DNA of 64,000 bases, taken from NCBI RefSeq assembly GCF_902713615.1, contig NC_052162.1:81817240-81881239 (forward strand), written 5' to 3'. The notes below the pieces were generated by a model, which saw only the letters and a list, made by a program, of their open reading frames with translations, was not told where the DNA came from and made no database searches. Source of the DNA: Scyliorhinus canicula (Eukaryota). Positions 49,481-61,250 of this stretch are shown piece by piece (the first letter of the stretch is position 1; each line of letters starts with the position of its first letter). The position numbers and the translations under genes were made by a program.

Positions 49481-50334
49481 TTTATTCTCTTTTCTTATTT
49501 TTGGTTGTAAAAATCAAAAGCTACCAATTCTGAGGTTATTTGACATCTGGCGTGGCTTGTGAGTTCTGTGTAAATCCTTGAAAAAGGATAATTTCTTGCA
49601 AGGAATGCAGAAGAATCGTACAGAAACATCTCTTTCGATTTACATAATTCTCCGACCGGAACAAATTGAATTTTGCTTTTAATTATGGAACAGGAATAAC
49701 ACCTCAATCCTCAAAGAGTTCATGTGAACGAATATAAATTATTTTAGTTCTCGTTCTTATTTCTGTTTAATGTAATATATGTGATGTAATAACTTATCAT
49801 GCAAGGCTTCATGGGAGTTTCAAAAAAACATTCAATTTTAATGTGAAGCCCAAAACGATTTGATTGACGGCTACAGAATAACAAGAGCTTTTGGAGATGA
49901 CCTGAGAGCTTTGCAGCTTGAAAAATGAGATGTATTAAGTTCCAGCCAGATTTACCAGGCCTTAGAATTATGCTCCGTGAACATCAGCAGCAAGACTCTA
50001 TTAAAATAGCAGTAACCACAGCGTCCACTAATATTCTAGGAACTGAATTCCAAAGTAGCCGTTTCCTTAAACCATGTGAGCGTCCATTTGTTGTGCTTCA
50101 TTGCACAGATCCTCAAACTGCCCCCCCCCCACCCCCCACCCCCCCGAGCTCTTGAAACCTGACCCCTCGAAGCCTGAGCAGCTCAGTTCTATTTCATTCC
50201 TTTGCTGCTGATTTATCCTGTTTGAAATTTGTGAACCCACAGGATTGAAAAGGTCTGTCCTTGTTGCTGTACTCCTTTGATCCGAACCATGAACATCATG
50301 ATCTGCTGGCATCAATGGTTTGACTTTTATACTG

Positions 50335-52676
50335 AAGAAAAGCAAAATACTGCAGATCCTGGAAATCTGAAATAAAAACAGGAAATGCTGATTAAACAGT
50401 GGGGGGAGAAGCAGAGTTACGGTTACGAGTCCGAATGAGTCTTCTACAGAGCTGAAGAAGGTTAGAAATGTGATGGTCATCTAGTTAGAGAGTGGAGGGC
50501 GGGGGGGAGAAGGTAGAGCAGAATAGAAGGTCAGGGATATGTGGGAGATCAGGAGAAAATACCCCCTAACCTGTTCCTCTCACCCATTCTAACCTGTCCC
50601 CTTCTGAACTTGGTGCTTTCCATTCTCTCAGGTTTTTCTGTTACATCAATGACTGTCTCGGTGCCGCTTCATGCTCTCATCTGGACCTGGAAAGGTTCCT
50701 TTGTCCTGTGTCCATGCCATATTTGTCAATATCTCCTTAGCTCCCACCTATCCCTGGACTTTGCTATTAAACCTGCGAACAAGGGTGGTGCTGTTGTCTG
50801 ATGTACTGACCTTTACCTCACATAGCCTGAGCGGCAATGCTCAGATTCGTCCTCCTACCTCCCCTCTAGACCATGACCCCACCACCAAACATCAAGCCAT
50901 TATTTCCAGGACTGTCACTGACCTCTCCGTCCTCTGGAGATGTTCCCTCCACAGCCTCAAGCCTCATAATCCCCCAAACCCTGCAAAAACTGCTTCTACC
51001 TTTCCCAAAATCCAGAACTGCCCTGGTAGACCCATCATATCAACCTCTTCCTGCCCAATGGAACTCATTTCTTCCTGTCCTGTCCATTCTCTCTCCCCTG
51101 CTTCAGTCCCTTCCCATCTACATTCGCAATTCCTCTGATGTAACCAGCATCACATCCAAAATTTCCGGTTCTCTGGCCCCAATCGCCTCCTCCACAATGG
51201 ATATCTAATCCCTCTACATCTTCATCCCCAACCAGGATAGTCTGAGGGCTCCCCACTTCTTCCTTGAGCAGAGGCCCAAACAGTCCCCATCCACCACCCT
51301 CTTCCTCCGTCTGGCTGAATTTGTTCCCTCACTCAACAATTTCTCCTTTAGTTTGTCTCACTTCCTGAAAATAAAAGGTGTGGCTATGGGTACCCGCTTG
51401 GGCCCAGTTATGCCTGTCTTTTGTGCGGTATGTGGAACATTTCTCTCCCACAACTCTTTTTCTGTTACATCAATGACTGTATCGGTGCTGCTTCATGCTC
51501 TCATCTGAATCTGGAAAGATTTATTGAATTTACTTCCACTTTCTATTCCTCTCTGACCTTCACATGGCCTATCGCCGACACTTCCCTTTCATTCCTTGAC
51601 CACCCTGATTCCAGTTCAGGTGATATACTGACCATCATTATTCATTACAAACTCACCAATTTCCACAGCTACCTCAACTACAGCTTCTCACAAACCGCTT
51701 CCCGTAAGGACTCCATCCCATTCTAAGTTTCCCCTCAACCCCCTTCCCCATCAGCATTCCAGAGGTACCACTCCCTCCATGACGCCCTGGTCCACTCCTT
51801 CATTGCCCCAAACCCTTCACCCCCTTCCCACAGCACCGTCCCATGCAATTTCAAAAGGTGTCACCCCTGTCCCTTTACCTCTCCCCTCCTCATTGACCAA
51901 GGCCCCAAACACTCCTTTCAGGTGAGGATGGGTTTTCACCTCCGTCAATTTGGTTTACCGTATTCGCTGCTCTCAATGCGGTCTCCTCTACTTTGGGGAG
52001 ACTAAACACATACTGGGTGACAGTTTTGTGGAACCTTTGCTCAATCCTCAACTCTGACCCCAACATCCCTGTCGCTTGCCATTTCACTCTTCATCTTACT
52101 CTCATGCCCACATGTCCGTTCTTGGACTGCTGCAATGCTGAAGTGACGGCCAACTCAAACTGGTGGAGCAATACTTCATCTTCCAAATAGGCACGTCACA
52201 GCTTTCTGGACTAACATTGAGTTCAACAGCCTTAGACTGAACTTCTTCCTCTATCTTGAGCCCCAGTTTTGTTGCTTTTCTTTTTGTTTATTCCAATGCA
52301 AACCCACACTCCCTTCCCCACAGGGCCATCTTATTCCCTATTTTTGCTTTCACTCAGCACTACCATTTGTTCCTATTAAAGCATTCTGCGGATTTACCTC
52401 CATACCACTCACATCACCTTCTTTAGTCTTTAATTCTACATTTAACACTTCCTTTGTCCTGTGTCCATGCCATATTTGTCAATATCCCCTTAGCTCCCAC
52501 CTATCCCTGACCTTCAATTCTGCTCCATTTTCTCCTCCCAAATCTCTAACTATATATATATAATCCATCACATTGCTACCCCTTTTCAGCTCTGAGGACA
52601 AGTCATACATTAACCCTGTTTCTCTCTCCACAGATTCTGACAGACCTGCTGTGTTTATCCAGCAATTTCTGATTAA
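50335..52676 (+). mobile_element. Penelope-like retroelement (RT + GIY-YIG), 5' truncated, with inverted pLTR
   Basis: PKIQNCPGRPIIS, IKGVAMGTR, CYINDCIG, SLSFLD; GIY-YIG remnant NLVYRIRCSQCGLLYFGE at about 51950; 3' pLTR 52440-52676 with an inverted copy at 50335-50560. Confidence 0.92.
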
Positions 52677-53112
52677 TATGAATATTGGAAATGAATTTTC
52701 TGTCTGGCCCCTGATGTTCTATATTAGGTGGTTACATAGCCTTCAAAAACAAAGGGCGTGATTCTCCATCTCCAGGATACCAAGTTGCATTCCCCGATGG
52801 GATGGAGAATCGGACATAGACGGCAAAATTAGGATTGGCGCCAGGCACCAATGCGCGTGCTATGTTCCAACCCCTCGCTGGTGGCATGAACGCATTCCCT
52901 GCCGCATGCCAGCGGGAGTATGGAAATAAATGCAAATGAGTTGTATAGGTGCCCTGTATTCCACCCTCTCGTGATTCTACAGTCCCTGTGGCCAGGAAGC
53001 ACGTGGGCGAGGTTCATTTATGGTCTCTACAATTGTAAACGTGACGTGGTGCACCTCGCAGCGAGCCAAGAGTGCAACCATTGTCCCCTTGGCCCATCGC
53101 GAGTACCATCAC

Positions 53113-53238
53113 ACCAGGGCCATGATTCGATTCCCGTAGACAGCCTCCCCGAACAGGCGCCGGAATGTGGCGACTAGGGGCTTTTCACAGTAACTTCATT
53201 TGAAGCCTACTCGTGACAATAAGCGATTTTTATTTCAT
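53113..53238 (+). mobile_element. SINE family B, 5' truncated
   Basis: TTCGATTCCCGTA...GACTAGGGGCTTTTCACAGTAAC...TTTCA. Confidence 0.85.
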
Positions 53239-53751
53239 GGTGGTAGACACCATCCAACGCCATTCCCCCTCCCCCAAATCAGCACTGACCCCCCCCCCCC
53301 CCCCCAGCACCTTACAGCAGTCCCACCCCCCAGGATGCCTGGGCACCCCTCTCCCATCCCCAAGTAAGGAGACGACTTGATCAGCCCGCCTGGACTCTTG
53401 TAATAGAGGGACCCCTACAGGGACCCCTGTATTGGGGGCCCCCAGAGACCCCTAGAGTAAGGGGACTCCCCACAGGGATCCCTGTAATGAGGGGTTCTCC
53501 TATTACAGGGGTGAGAGGCAGGGGTAGGTTGCCCCAGTACTTGGTGGTGAGGGGGGGCACCCAGGTAATCCAGGGGGTGGGGGTTCTGCCGTGGAGTGGG
53601 GCGGGGGGGATGTTGAGATTGATTTGAGGTGGGGGGTGGTGCCAGCCGTGGGACCCTGGTATCGGGCTGCCCGCTCAAGATAGCGACCCGATAGCGGGAT
53701 CCCCTGGGAATCCTATCGTGTTCCACGCCGTGCATAAATTTGCAGACTATA

Positions 53752-54040
53752 ATATAATAATCTTTTATTGTCACAAGTAGGTTTACACTAACACTGCAAT
53801 CAGGTTACTGTGAAAGGTCCCTAGTCGCCACATTCGGCCGCCTGTTCGGGTACACGGAGGGAGAATTCAGAATGTCCAAATTTCCTAACAGCACGTCTTT
53901 CGGGACTTGTGGGAGGAAACTGGAGCACCCGGAGGAAACCAATGCAGGCACAGGGAGAACGTGCAGACTCTGCACGGACAGTGATCCAAGCCGGGAATCG
54001 AACCTGGGACCCTGGCGCTGTGAAGCAACAGTGCTGCCCA
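53752..54040 (-). mobile_element. V-SINE head and body with family B-type tail
   Basis: HE1-like head and V-domain, then GACTAGGG...CCTACTTGTGACAATAAAAGATTATTA. Confidence 0.9.
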
Positions 54041-55414
54041 GCATGGTGTGGAACACTGAATTGCATCCTGCTTTATGACCGCAAGTTGATCGTAAAGCTA
54101 CTGCAATTCAGCTCCAGCGGGGGAACTTCTCCCAAAGGGAGAATCCTCCCCAAAATATTTGGATGTCTCTATATTGCTGGACCATCCGCATTGTTCTTCA
54201 GAAATCATGGAAAATGCCCTGTTGACAAGGTTAAAGGGACAATTTTATGATTCCATGCATATAGTCGAATGCTATGCTCATCTGAAAAAGTAGGCCGAGT
54301 ATCGAGGCTCCAGTGCTTCAATCCTCACTCCAATCCAGGCTGTGAGTTCAGCTATACTGGGAGTGGAGGATTCCAGAATTACATCCTTTCTAAGTTCTGT
54401 TTCCCCATGGTAAATCAATTTTTTTATGCTGCTGGTCCTTTTTACATTTATTTTTCAAAGCCATAAGTCAAATGTGTTATTATGTTCATCTGAGTGCAGC
54501 ATTAAGTCTCACTCTATGTATAACTATCATTATATTTAATCATCAGTCTATTTAGCTGCTTGTTTTAGAATGCCCACAGGAAGCTATTTTCATTTCAGCA
54601 TGCCAAGATAACTGCAATACATTTAAATCATCTCTTCATCTCATCTATATAAATGCTCAATCATAGCTGCAGTGTAAGGACAGGACCCGCACATTATTAT
54701 CAGACCAAGATTCATTCATCTTTAATATCTTTCAACACAAGGTTACAACGTGCTGAATCTAACTATGCAACCAGGAAATAGAAACAGTTACACAAAGAGG
54801 ATTCATCTAAATGTTTGGCAAAATTATTATATGAATTTATGCCTCTTTCTCAAATATGTCCTTTGCATTTGTAAAATTGATTGCAGCGTATGCCAAACTA
54901 AATTAGCAATTTTAATTTTGTCCATGAATTAAAACTATAAATTAAGCCATTTTCTTTTCTATTCAGTCATGGAATTTGGGCATTGCTGGGAAGATAAGCA
55001 TTTATTATCCAATCTTGGCAAGGTGCTGGTGAGCCCCCTTTCTAAACTGCTTTAATCCATGTAAAGGTACCCAGGGCAATTCTAACAGGGCAATTAGGGA
55101 GGGAGTTCAAGGATCTTGTTCCAACGCAATGAAAGAATGGAACTAGATTTCCAAACTGGCATGCGGTTTGACTTGGAGAAGAGGATTCAGGTGGTGGTGT
55201 TCCCATGTGCTTTGCTGCGCTGGTTCTTTAAGGTGGTAGAGGTCACAGGTTTAATAGGTGCTGGTGGAGAAACATTGATGAGTTACTGCTTGTGCATGCT
55301 GTTGATGGTGCACACCATAGCCACTGTGCAATGGTGCCGGATGGAATGAATATTTAAGGTGGTGGATGGGCTCCTGATCAAGCAGGTTGCTCCATCCTGG
55401 AGGGCAATGTGTTC

Positions 55415-56335
55415 TGTTGCTCGTTCTGGGTGAGTGTGCTTAACACTCAATTTGGCTCTGTTTCGTTCCTTAGCTCTAGAGTCGCCAGGTATCGTTAAGA
55501 TACCGTCACAAGTTTCAGGTTCAAGTTCAAATCAATAACTCCACACACCAGATAGTAAGTTCAAACAAGACACGTTTATTATACTACAGTAATCTACTAA
55601 TCATGCATATAAAACTATAAGACTAGGCTAATCCTACCACTAATAGGCCAAATACTTATCTGGATAAGGGGACTGCCGGATCAGGGAACAACGGCCTCTA
55701 GCAGGCTTCCAGTAGTTATGGACTAAAGGGGGTCAGGAGTGTCTACTCTCGTAGCTTGCGTTGTATGACACTTACGTGTTGGCGGCTACTGTCCAGGCCG
55801 CTCCTCCTCAAGGTTCTTCTGTGGCAACGGTTTTCTGCTAGGAGGGCTGGCTGGTCAAGGAGAGGCTGGCAGAGAGAGAGAGCTGGGGTCGGGGTCTCTG
55901 TCTTATACCTCTCTCAGGGTCTCGCGCCCACCTGGGCGGACCCTCTGTACACTCGCAATCGATTGGGTCTCTTCCCAATCGATTGATTTGAATTCCCCAA
56001 TAACGGGGCAGTTCCTCGATCACTGGGCGGTTCTTGGGACTTATTGTTTTAGACTTCTTTTACCGCCGAGAAGTCTGGCCTTCCATTTAATGTATCGATT
56101 TGTGTTAATTTGTTTCCATTGTACTTGGGAATCGCCCGGTATTGCCTCATTAGTATGCTAACTTGTTCTTTTCACAGTGCTGTCTGGTTTCTGCAGCAGT
56201 CAGAACTGGTTTCTGCAGTAGTCAGAATACACAAGCGCTTTTGCAAGCTGCTTGCTTTTGCAACATGTCCATTTTCCCTGCATTCCTTGTAATCTTCCAT
56301 TTTGTGTTGGGCAGTGGTCACCCCAGGTGGCTACA
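55415..56335 (-). mobile_element. Solo LTR (921 bp) inserted in the LINE
   Basis: TG...CA termini, TSD GTTC/GTTT, minus-strand TATAAG at about 55905 and AATAAA at about 55578. Confidence 0.85.
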
Positions 56336-56400
56336 GTTTTAGAGCTGCGACCGCCCTGGCAAGTGGAGAGTAGTCTATCATAGCCTTAACTTGCGTCTTG

Positions 56401-56749
56401 TAGATCATAGATCATAGAATTTACAGTGCAGAAGGAGGCCATTCAGCCCATCGAGTCTGCACTGGCCCTTGAAAAGAGCACCCTACCCAAGCCCCCACCC
56501 CCACCCTATCCCCGTAACCCAGTAACCCCACCTAACCCTTTTGGACGCTAAGGGCAATTTAGCACAGCCAGTGCACCTAACCTGCACATCTTTGGACTGT
56601 GGGAGGAAACCGGAGCACCCGGAGGAAACCCACGCAGACGCAGGGAGAACATGCAGACTCCGTACAGACAGTGTCCCAAGCCAGGAATCGAACCTGGGAC
56701 CCTGGAGCTGTGACGCAACTGTGCTAACCACTGTGCTTCCATGCTGCCC
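56401..56749 (-). mobile_element. HE1-type V-SINE
   Basis: Full length; TGTAGAT TSD with filler at the 5' junction. Confidence 0.95.
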
Positions 56750-58146
56750 GGCAAAATGTAGATGATGGAAAGACGCTGGGAAGTCAGGAGGCAATTTACC
56801 CACTGCAGCATTTGCAGCCTCTGACATGCTCTTCGTGCCACAGGTTTCACATGGCTGGTCCAGTTAAGTTTCTAATCAATGGTAGCCCCAAGATCTTGAG
56901 GTGGTGAGTTCAGCAATGGTAATGTGTTAAAGGTCAATGGGAGGTGTTCAGATTCTCTCTTGTTAATGGTGGTCATTGCCTGAAGCTTGTTTGGCACAAA
57001 TGTTATTTTCCACATTCCAGTCCAAACCTATATGTTGCCCAGGTCTTATTGTATGCTGGCACAGATTGCTCCATTATCTGAGGAGTTGTGAATGGAACTG
57101 AAGATTATGCAATGATCAGCGTAAATCCCCTCTTCTGACTTTACGATGAATTGGTTAAGTAACTGCGGATGGTTGGGTCCAGGACACTTCCCTGAAAAGC
57201 TCCCGTAGCAATGCTCTGGCGCTAAGGTGTTTGGCCTCCAACAACCACATCCATCTTCCTTTGTGCTAGCTATTGGAGAGTTTTCACCCGATTCACATTG
57301 ACTTCACTTTTACGAAGACCCATTTACGTCACTTTTGTTCAAATGCTGTCTTGATATCTAGGGCAATCACTCTCACTTTACCTCTGGAATTCAGCTCCTT
57401 TGCCCAGATTTGTAATGAGGTCTGAAACAGAGTGATTCTGGTGGTAACCAAAGCTGAGTATCAGCGAGGCAGGTTATTGCTGAATAAGCGCTGCTTACCA
57501 ATATTGTCATTCACACCTTCCATCACTTTGCAGATGATTGAGAATAGACTGATGAGTCGATAATTCGCTGGATTGAATTTGTCCAGTCTTTTCTGGCCAC
57601 GACATATATGGGAATTTTCCACTTTCCAGTGGTTAGATTCCACTGTTGTAGCTGTACTAGAACAACGTGGTTACAGAATGAACCCTCTTCTCAAAAAGTA
57701 CAATGAATATTCTGCCACTTATACCTGCAGTTGGTTATGAAGCAAGGATCCATTGTAGAAGATTGTAAATTGCCTGTCCAACTTTTGTTTGGAGGAAGGC
57801 TTTATTTGGCTGGGGTTTTTTTCTGGCCTATATCCATTAGTTTGATACCCCTCACTCCTTGTTCATTTGTATGTGACGTTGTTGAAGAAATATCTTTAAA
57901 TTAATGATTAGACTGCAACCACTAAATTGTCACCTTCTAATCATAATTTGAAAAAGAATTCTTCAGATGAGGTATTAAAGTCAGGGGTCTACTTACCCAT
58001 CTGTTGGGCATTATTGTTTTGCAAAGAGTGAAAGTAAAGGTGAAAAAGATATGAAGGACAAACAGGGAAATAGGATTCAAAAGGAGTATGGTTATTCTTG
58101 TCAAGTATAGCACAGTATATAATGAAATTGCTTTGCGACTGTCAAA

Positions 58147-58255
58147 GGCTAGGATTTTCTGGCCCCGTCACCCTTCTGGTCCCACTGAAAGTCAATGGAC
58201 CTTATGGCATCCCCCATGGCAGGTCTTGCCACGGCATGGCTGGAAAATCGCAGCC
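58147..58255. mobile_element. Very short MITE
   Basis: GGCTAGGATTTTCT / GGAAAATCGCAGCC ends, AAA TSD. Confidence 0.7.
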
Positions 58256-58674
58256 AAAGAATGTACAATTCCATGACTGGAGTATTATACCATGCTTTGA
58301 TGTGTGACCACGGTGGAGCTGGGTTCAACAAGTGTATGAATTTACAATCACAAAGTCTAGCTGCTGTGAATAGGGATTATCCTGAGGTCAGTTAAAAGCT
58401 GATTGTTCACAGGGCGACTCTGAGGTCTTTAGAGAATGACTTTGGAAGTTTCCCTGTCGATTGATGGCTGCCTTTAATCCACATGTGCCCTTGGGTATGC
58501 TGCTTTCTTCTCTCTACTGTGTATCTATTGGATGCACTGCAAGTAAACAATTACTAAATAGTTACAGTTATTAGTTACACCACTTTAAGCGATATGCAAC
58601 CACTATCAACCACTGATGGATCCAACACCATTAATTAGCAGCTCTGTTGTGAATGCATGTGCCCATTATTCCAC

Positions 58675-58975
58675 CAACACTAACAACTTACACTTTTTTT
58701 TAAAGCTTTAACGTATTAAAATATCCCAAGGAGCTTTACTAAAGCATTTATCAGACAAAGTTTGACACTGAGTCACTTGAAGCAATATTAAAACAGATGA
58801 TCGAATGCTTGGCCAAAGGAGGTAGAATTCAAGGAGCATTCTGACGGAGAAGAGAGGGCTAGTATATTGGAGAGGTTTAGGGAAGGAACTCCAGAGTTTG
58901 GGTCCTGGACAACTGAAGGCATAGCCACCAGTGGTGCAGTGAAATAAATCGGGGAATGCACAATTACCACCGACA
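58675..58975 (-). mobile_element. L2 LINE 3' end
   Basis: GGYAFSCPGPKLWSSFPKPL matches the L2 G.RAFS...P.LWNSLP C-terminal motif. Confidence 0.8.
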
Positions 58976-60747
58976 GTTATTTCCAACTTATAAGATTGGA
59001 ATGATATGCAATCACGTTCGTCTTGAATCTGATTGGAAGTACACAACCTGTGTACTTTCCAGAGTCCTGCAGTTGTCTTTAGATTATATAAAATGATGTC
59101 AGTAGTATGTTGATTGAAATAAGTGAACGATAATTACTGCAAACTTTGAACGGATGAAAAACAGAAATTACAATTGCTTCTCTTCTGATTAGAATTCTTG
59201 ATGTAGCCATAACAAATTCCTCTCTGCATTGCTCCAGTGCAATCATTACCTTGCATCGATTAAACATTATGTGCTCTTATAAGAGCACTGCCATTCATAA
59301 TTTCTGCCCTAAAAGCCTTTGTAGGGAGTCCATTTTAATGATGATTGCAGCTGGTGACTCATCATTAGATATTACGAGAGAAAACTTTCTTTGTTTTCTC
59401 TTATAGGTGTAATTGTGTATAAGATCAGATTGAAAAAAAACAAATCTATGATATTGGTACATATCTCAAATGGGGGAAGTTTCCTCTTATATTATAATAG
59501 GCGATGCATGATATTATGTTCTCAATCATAATACATATTTGTCCCCTTCACTGTTCGTTCCCTATAGTGACTGACTTCATTTGACAGTCCTTACCGGCTA
59601 AGTTATGACTTACGACCACTTATTGTGCCCTTAAGTCGCATTAACTGCTTGCTTTTTGGTTTATTACATCAGTCCATTAATGAGGGTGATAAATCTTCAG
59701 AACAGAAAATGAAAATGAAATCCAAGAAATATTTAAATAGGCTGTGATAAGTGACTTGATGTAAGCAGATCACAATTTTACATTGTAACCTAGAGCTCTC
59801 TGAATATTAATGGGGGTGAAAAGGGTTTCTGTTCAGGCATCATTCCCAGTGCATGATTGATTTTTCTCCCTCTTTCACCTGATATAGGGTTTGCACAATA
59901 TACCTAATTGGCATTTAATGATATTTCACAGTTAGTGATGATCAGATAGATTGCTATTTGAAAAACATCGGCACAGACTGGAGATCAAACCTGAAATCTT
60001 CCTGCTCTGCACAGTTCAGCTAATCATTACATCAATGTAATGAGCCATTGGGAAGCTTAATTTATTTAGTATTAACAATTTTATCCTGCAGATTTATATA
60101 CTTATGGAAATGTGTCATGGTTCATCCGCTCAGTATTTTGTGAAGGAATTGCTTTTGTGAGCTGCTTATATTCAAAGCCTATTTGAGTGTATCTTGGATT
60201 TAATTTTCATTTATTCTTCCCGAGATTTATCTTCCTCATTACCACAGTGATCTCACACCACCTTGGCTTTGTACCAATCGCTACAACCAACCTCAAGCTG
60301 TAGCGCTCTGTTCAAGATCTTCATCCTGGTCTGGTCTGTTCAAACTCTGAAATGGCTTTCCCACTCTGAACTGCTCTGCCTGAGAGCTGATGAACAGACC
60401 AGACAGATCAGTTAAGTATCAAGCCAGGAACACTTTCCCTTTCCTCGCATCTGCTTCTCAGACCTATGCTTTTGAAACTGCTGCATTCTGAAGTGTCCAG
60501 AAATCCCACAACATTTGAACAAGCTTGAAATCCCCTGAGATCCTTTGAAATGCAAGCATTCATTCACTTTAGTAATGCAGTGCCTTTAACTTACCTTAAA
60601 TTGACAGCTTAATAGTTTAAACACAGCTGTCAGGAGGTTTGTTGATTTATCTTTCCTTTCAGGCTTGAATGTATCTGCAGTACCCTCCATTGATCCAAAC
60701 AGCACTGTTATGATTGACTGCTGCTAATCACTTCAAAGCAGCTAAGT

Positions 60748-60764
60748 GGTTTCACTTCCTCTTT
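60748..60764 (-). promoter_or_regulatory. Candidate PU.1/IRF composite element (EICE)
   Basis: Minus strand AAAGAGGAAGTGAAACC in apparently non-repetitive DNA. Confidence 0.4.
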
Positions 60765-60897
60765 GCTATCCGCGGAAAACAATGTAAGGCAGAAGAGATT
60801 ATGGTGTAAGTTTTAGGGGGTTTTGAGGAAGAAAACTCTTTATCTAAGATTCATATCAACATTCCAACCCATTCTCACCGATAAGAAGACAATTGAG

Positions 60898-61250
60898 GGG
60901 CAGCAGGGTAGCATGGTGGTTAGCATAAATGCTTCACAGCTCCAGGGTCCCAGGTTCGATTCCCGGCTGGGTCACTGTCTGTGTGGAGTCTGCACGTCCT
61001 CCCCCTGTGTGCGTGGGTTTCCTCCGGGTGCTCCGGTTTCCTCCCACAGTCCAAAGGTGTGCGGGTTAGGTGGATTGGCCATGCTAAATTGCCCGTAGTG
61101 TCCTAATAAAAGTAAGGTTAAGGGGGGGAGGTTGTTGGGTTATGGGTATAGGGTGGATATGTGGGTTTGAGTAGGGTGATCATGGCTCAGCACAACATTG
61201 AGGGCCGAAGGGCCTGTTCTGTGCTGTACTGTTCTATGTTCTATGTTCTA
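60898..61250 (+). mobile_element. V-SINE with alternative CR1 tail
   Basis: Same subfamily as 38526-38864; TATCT TSD (60841-60845 and 61249-61253). Confidence 0.95.

Larger units (their letters stand above)
52754..54151. mobile_element. Non-autonomous Harbinger-type element with two nested SINEs
   Basis: TIRs GGGCGTGATTCTCC / GGAGAATCCTCCCC, AAA TSD. Confidence 0.8.
54955..57670 (-). mobile_element. Decayed LINE, RT to 3' end (same family as 8795-11376)
   Basis: DKFNPANYRLISLFSIICKVMEGV (57461..57643); homologous to 9030-9430; 3' tail at 54960-55050. Confidence 0.85.

Noticed and set aside
59300-59720. TAAT-rich unique stretch as a conserved non-coding element
   Set aside because: Cannot be distinguished from AT-rich background without alignments.
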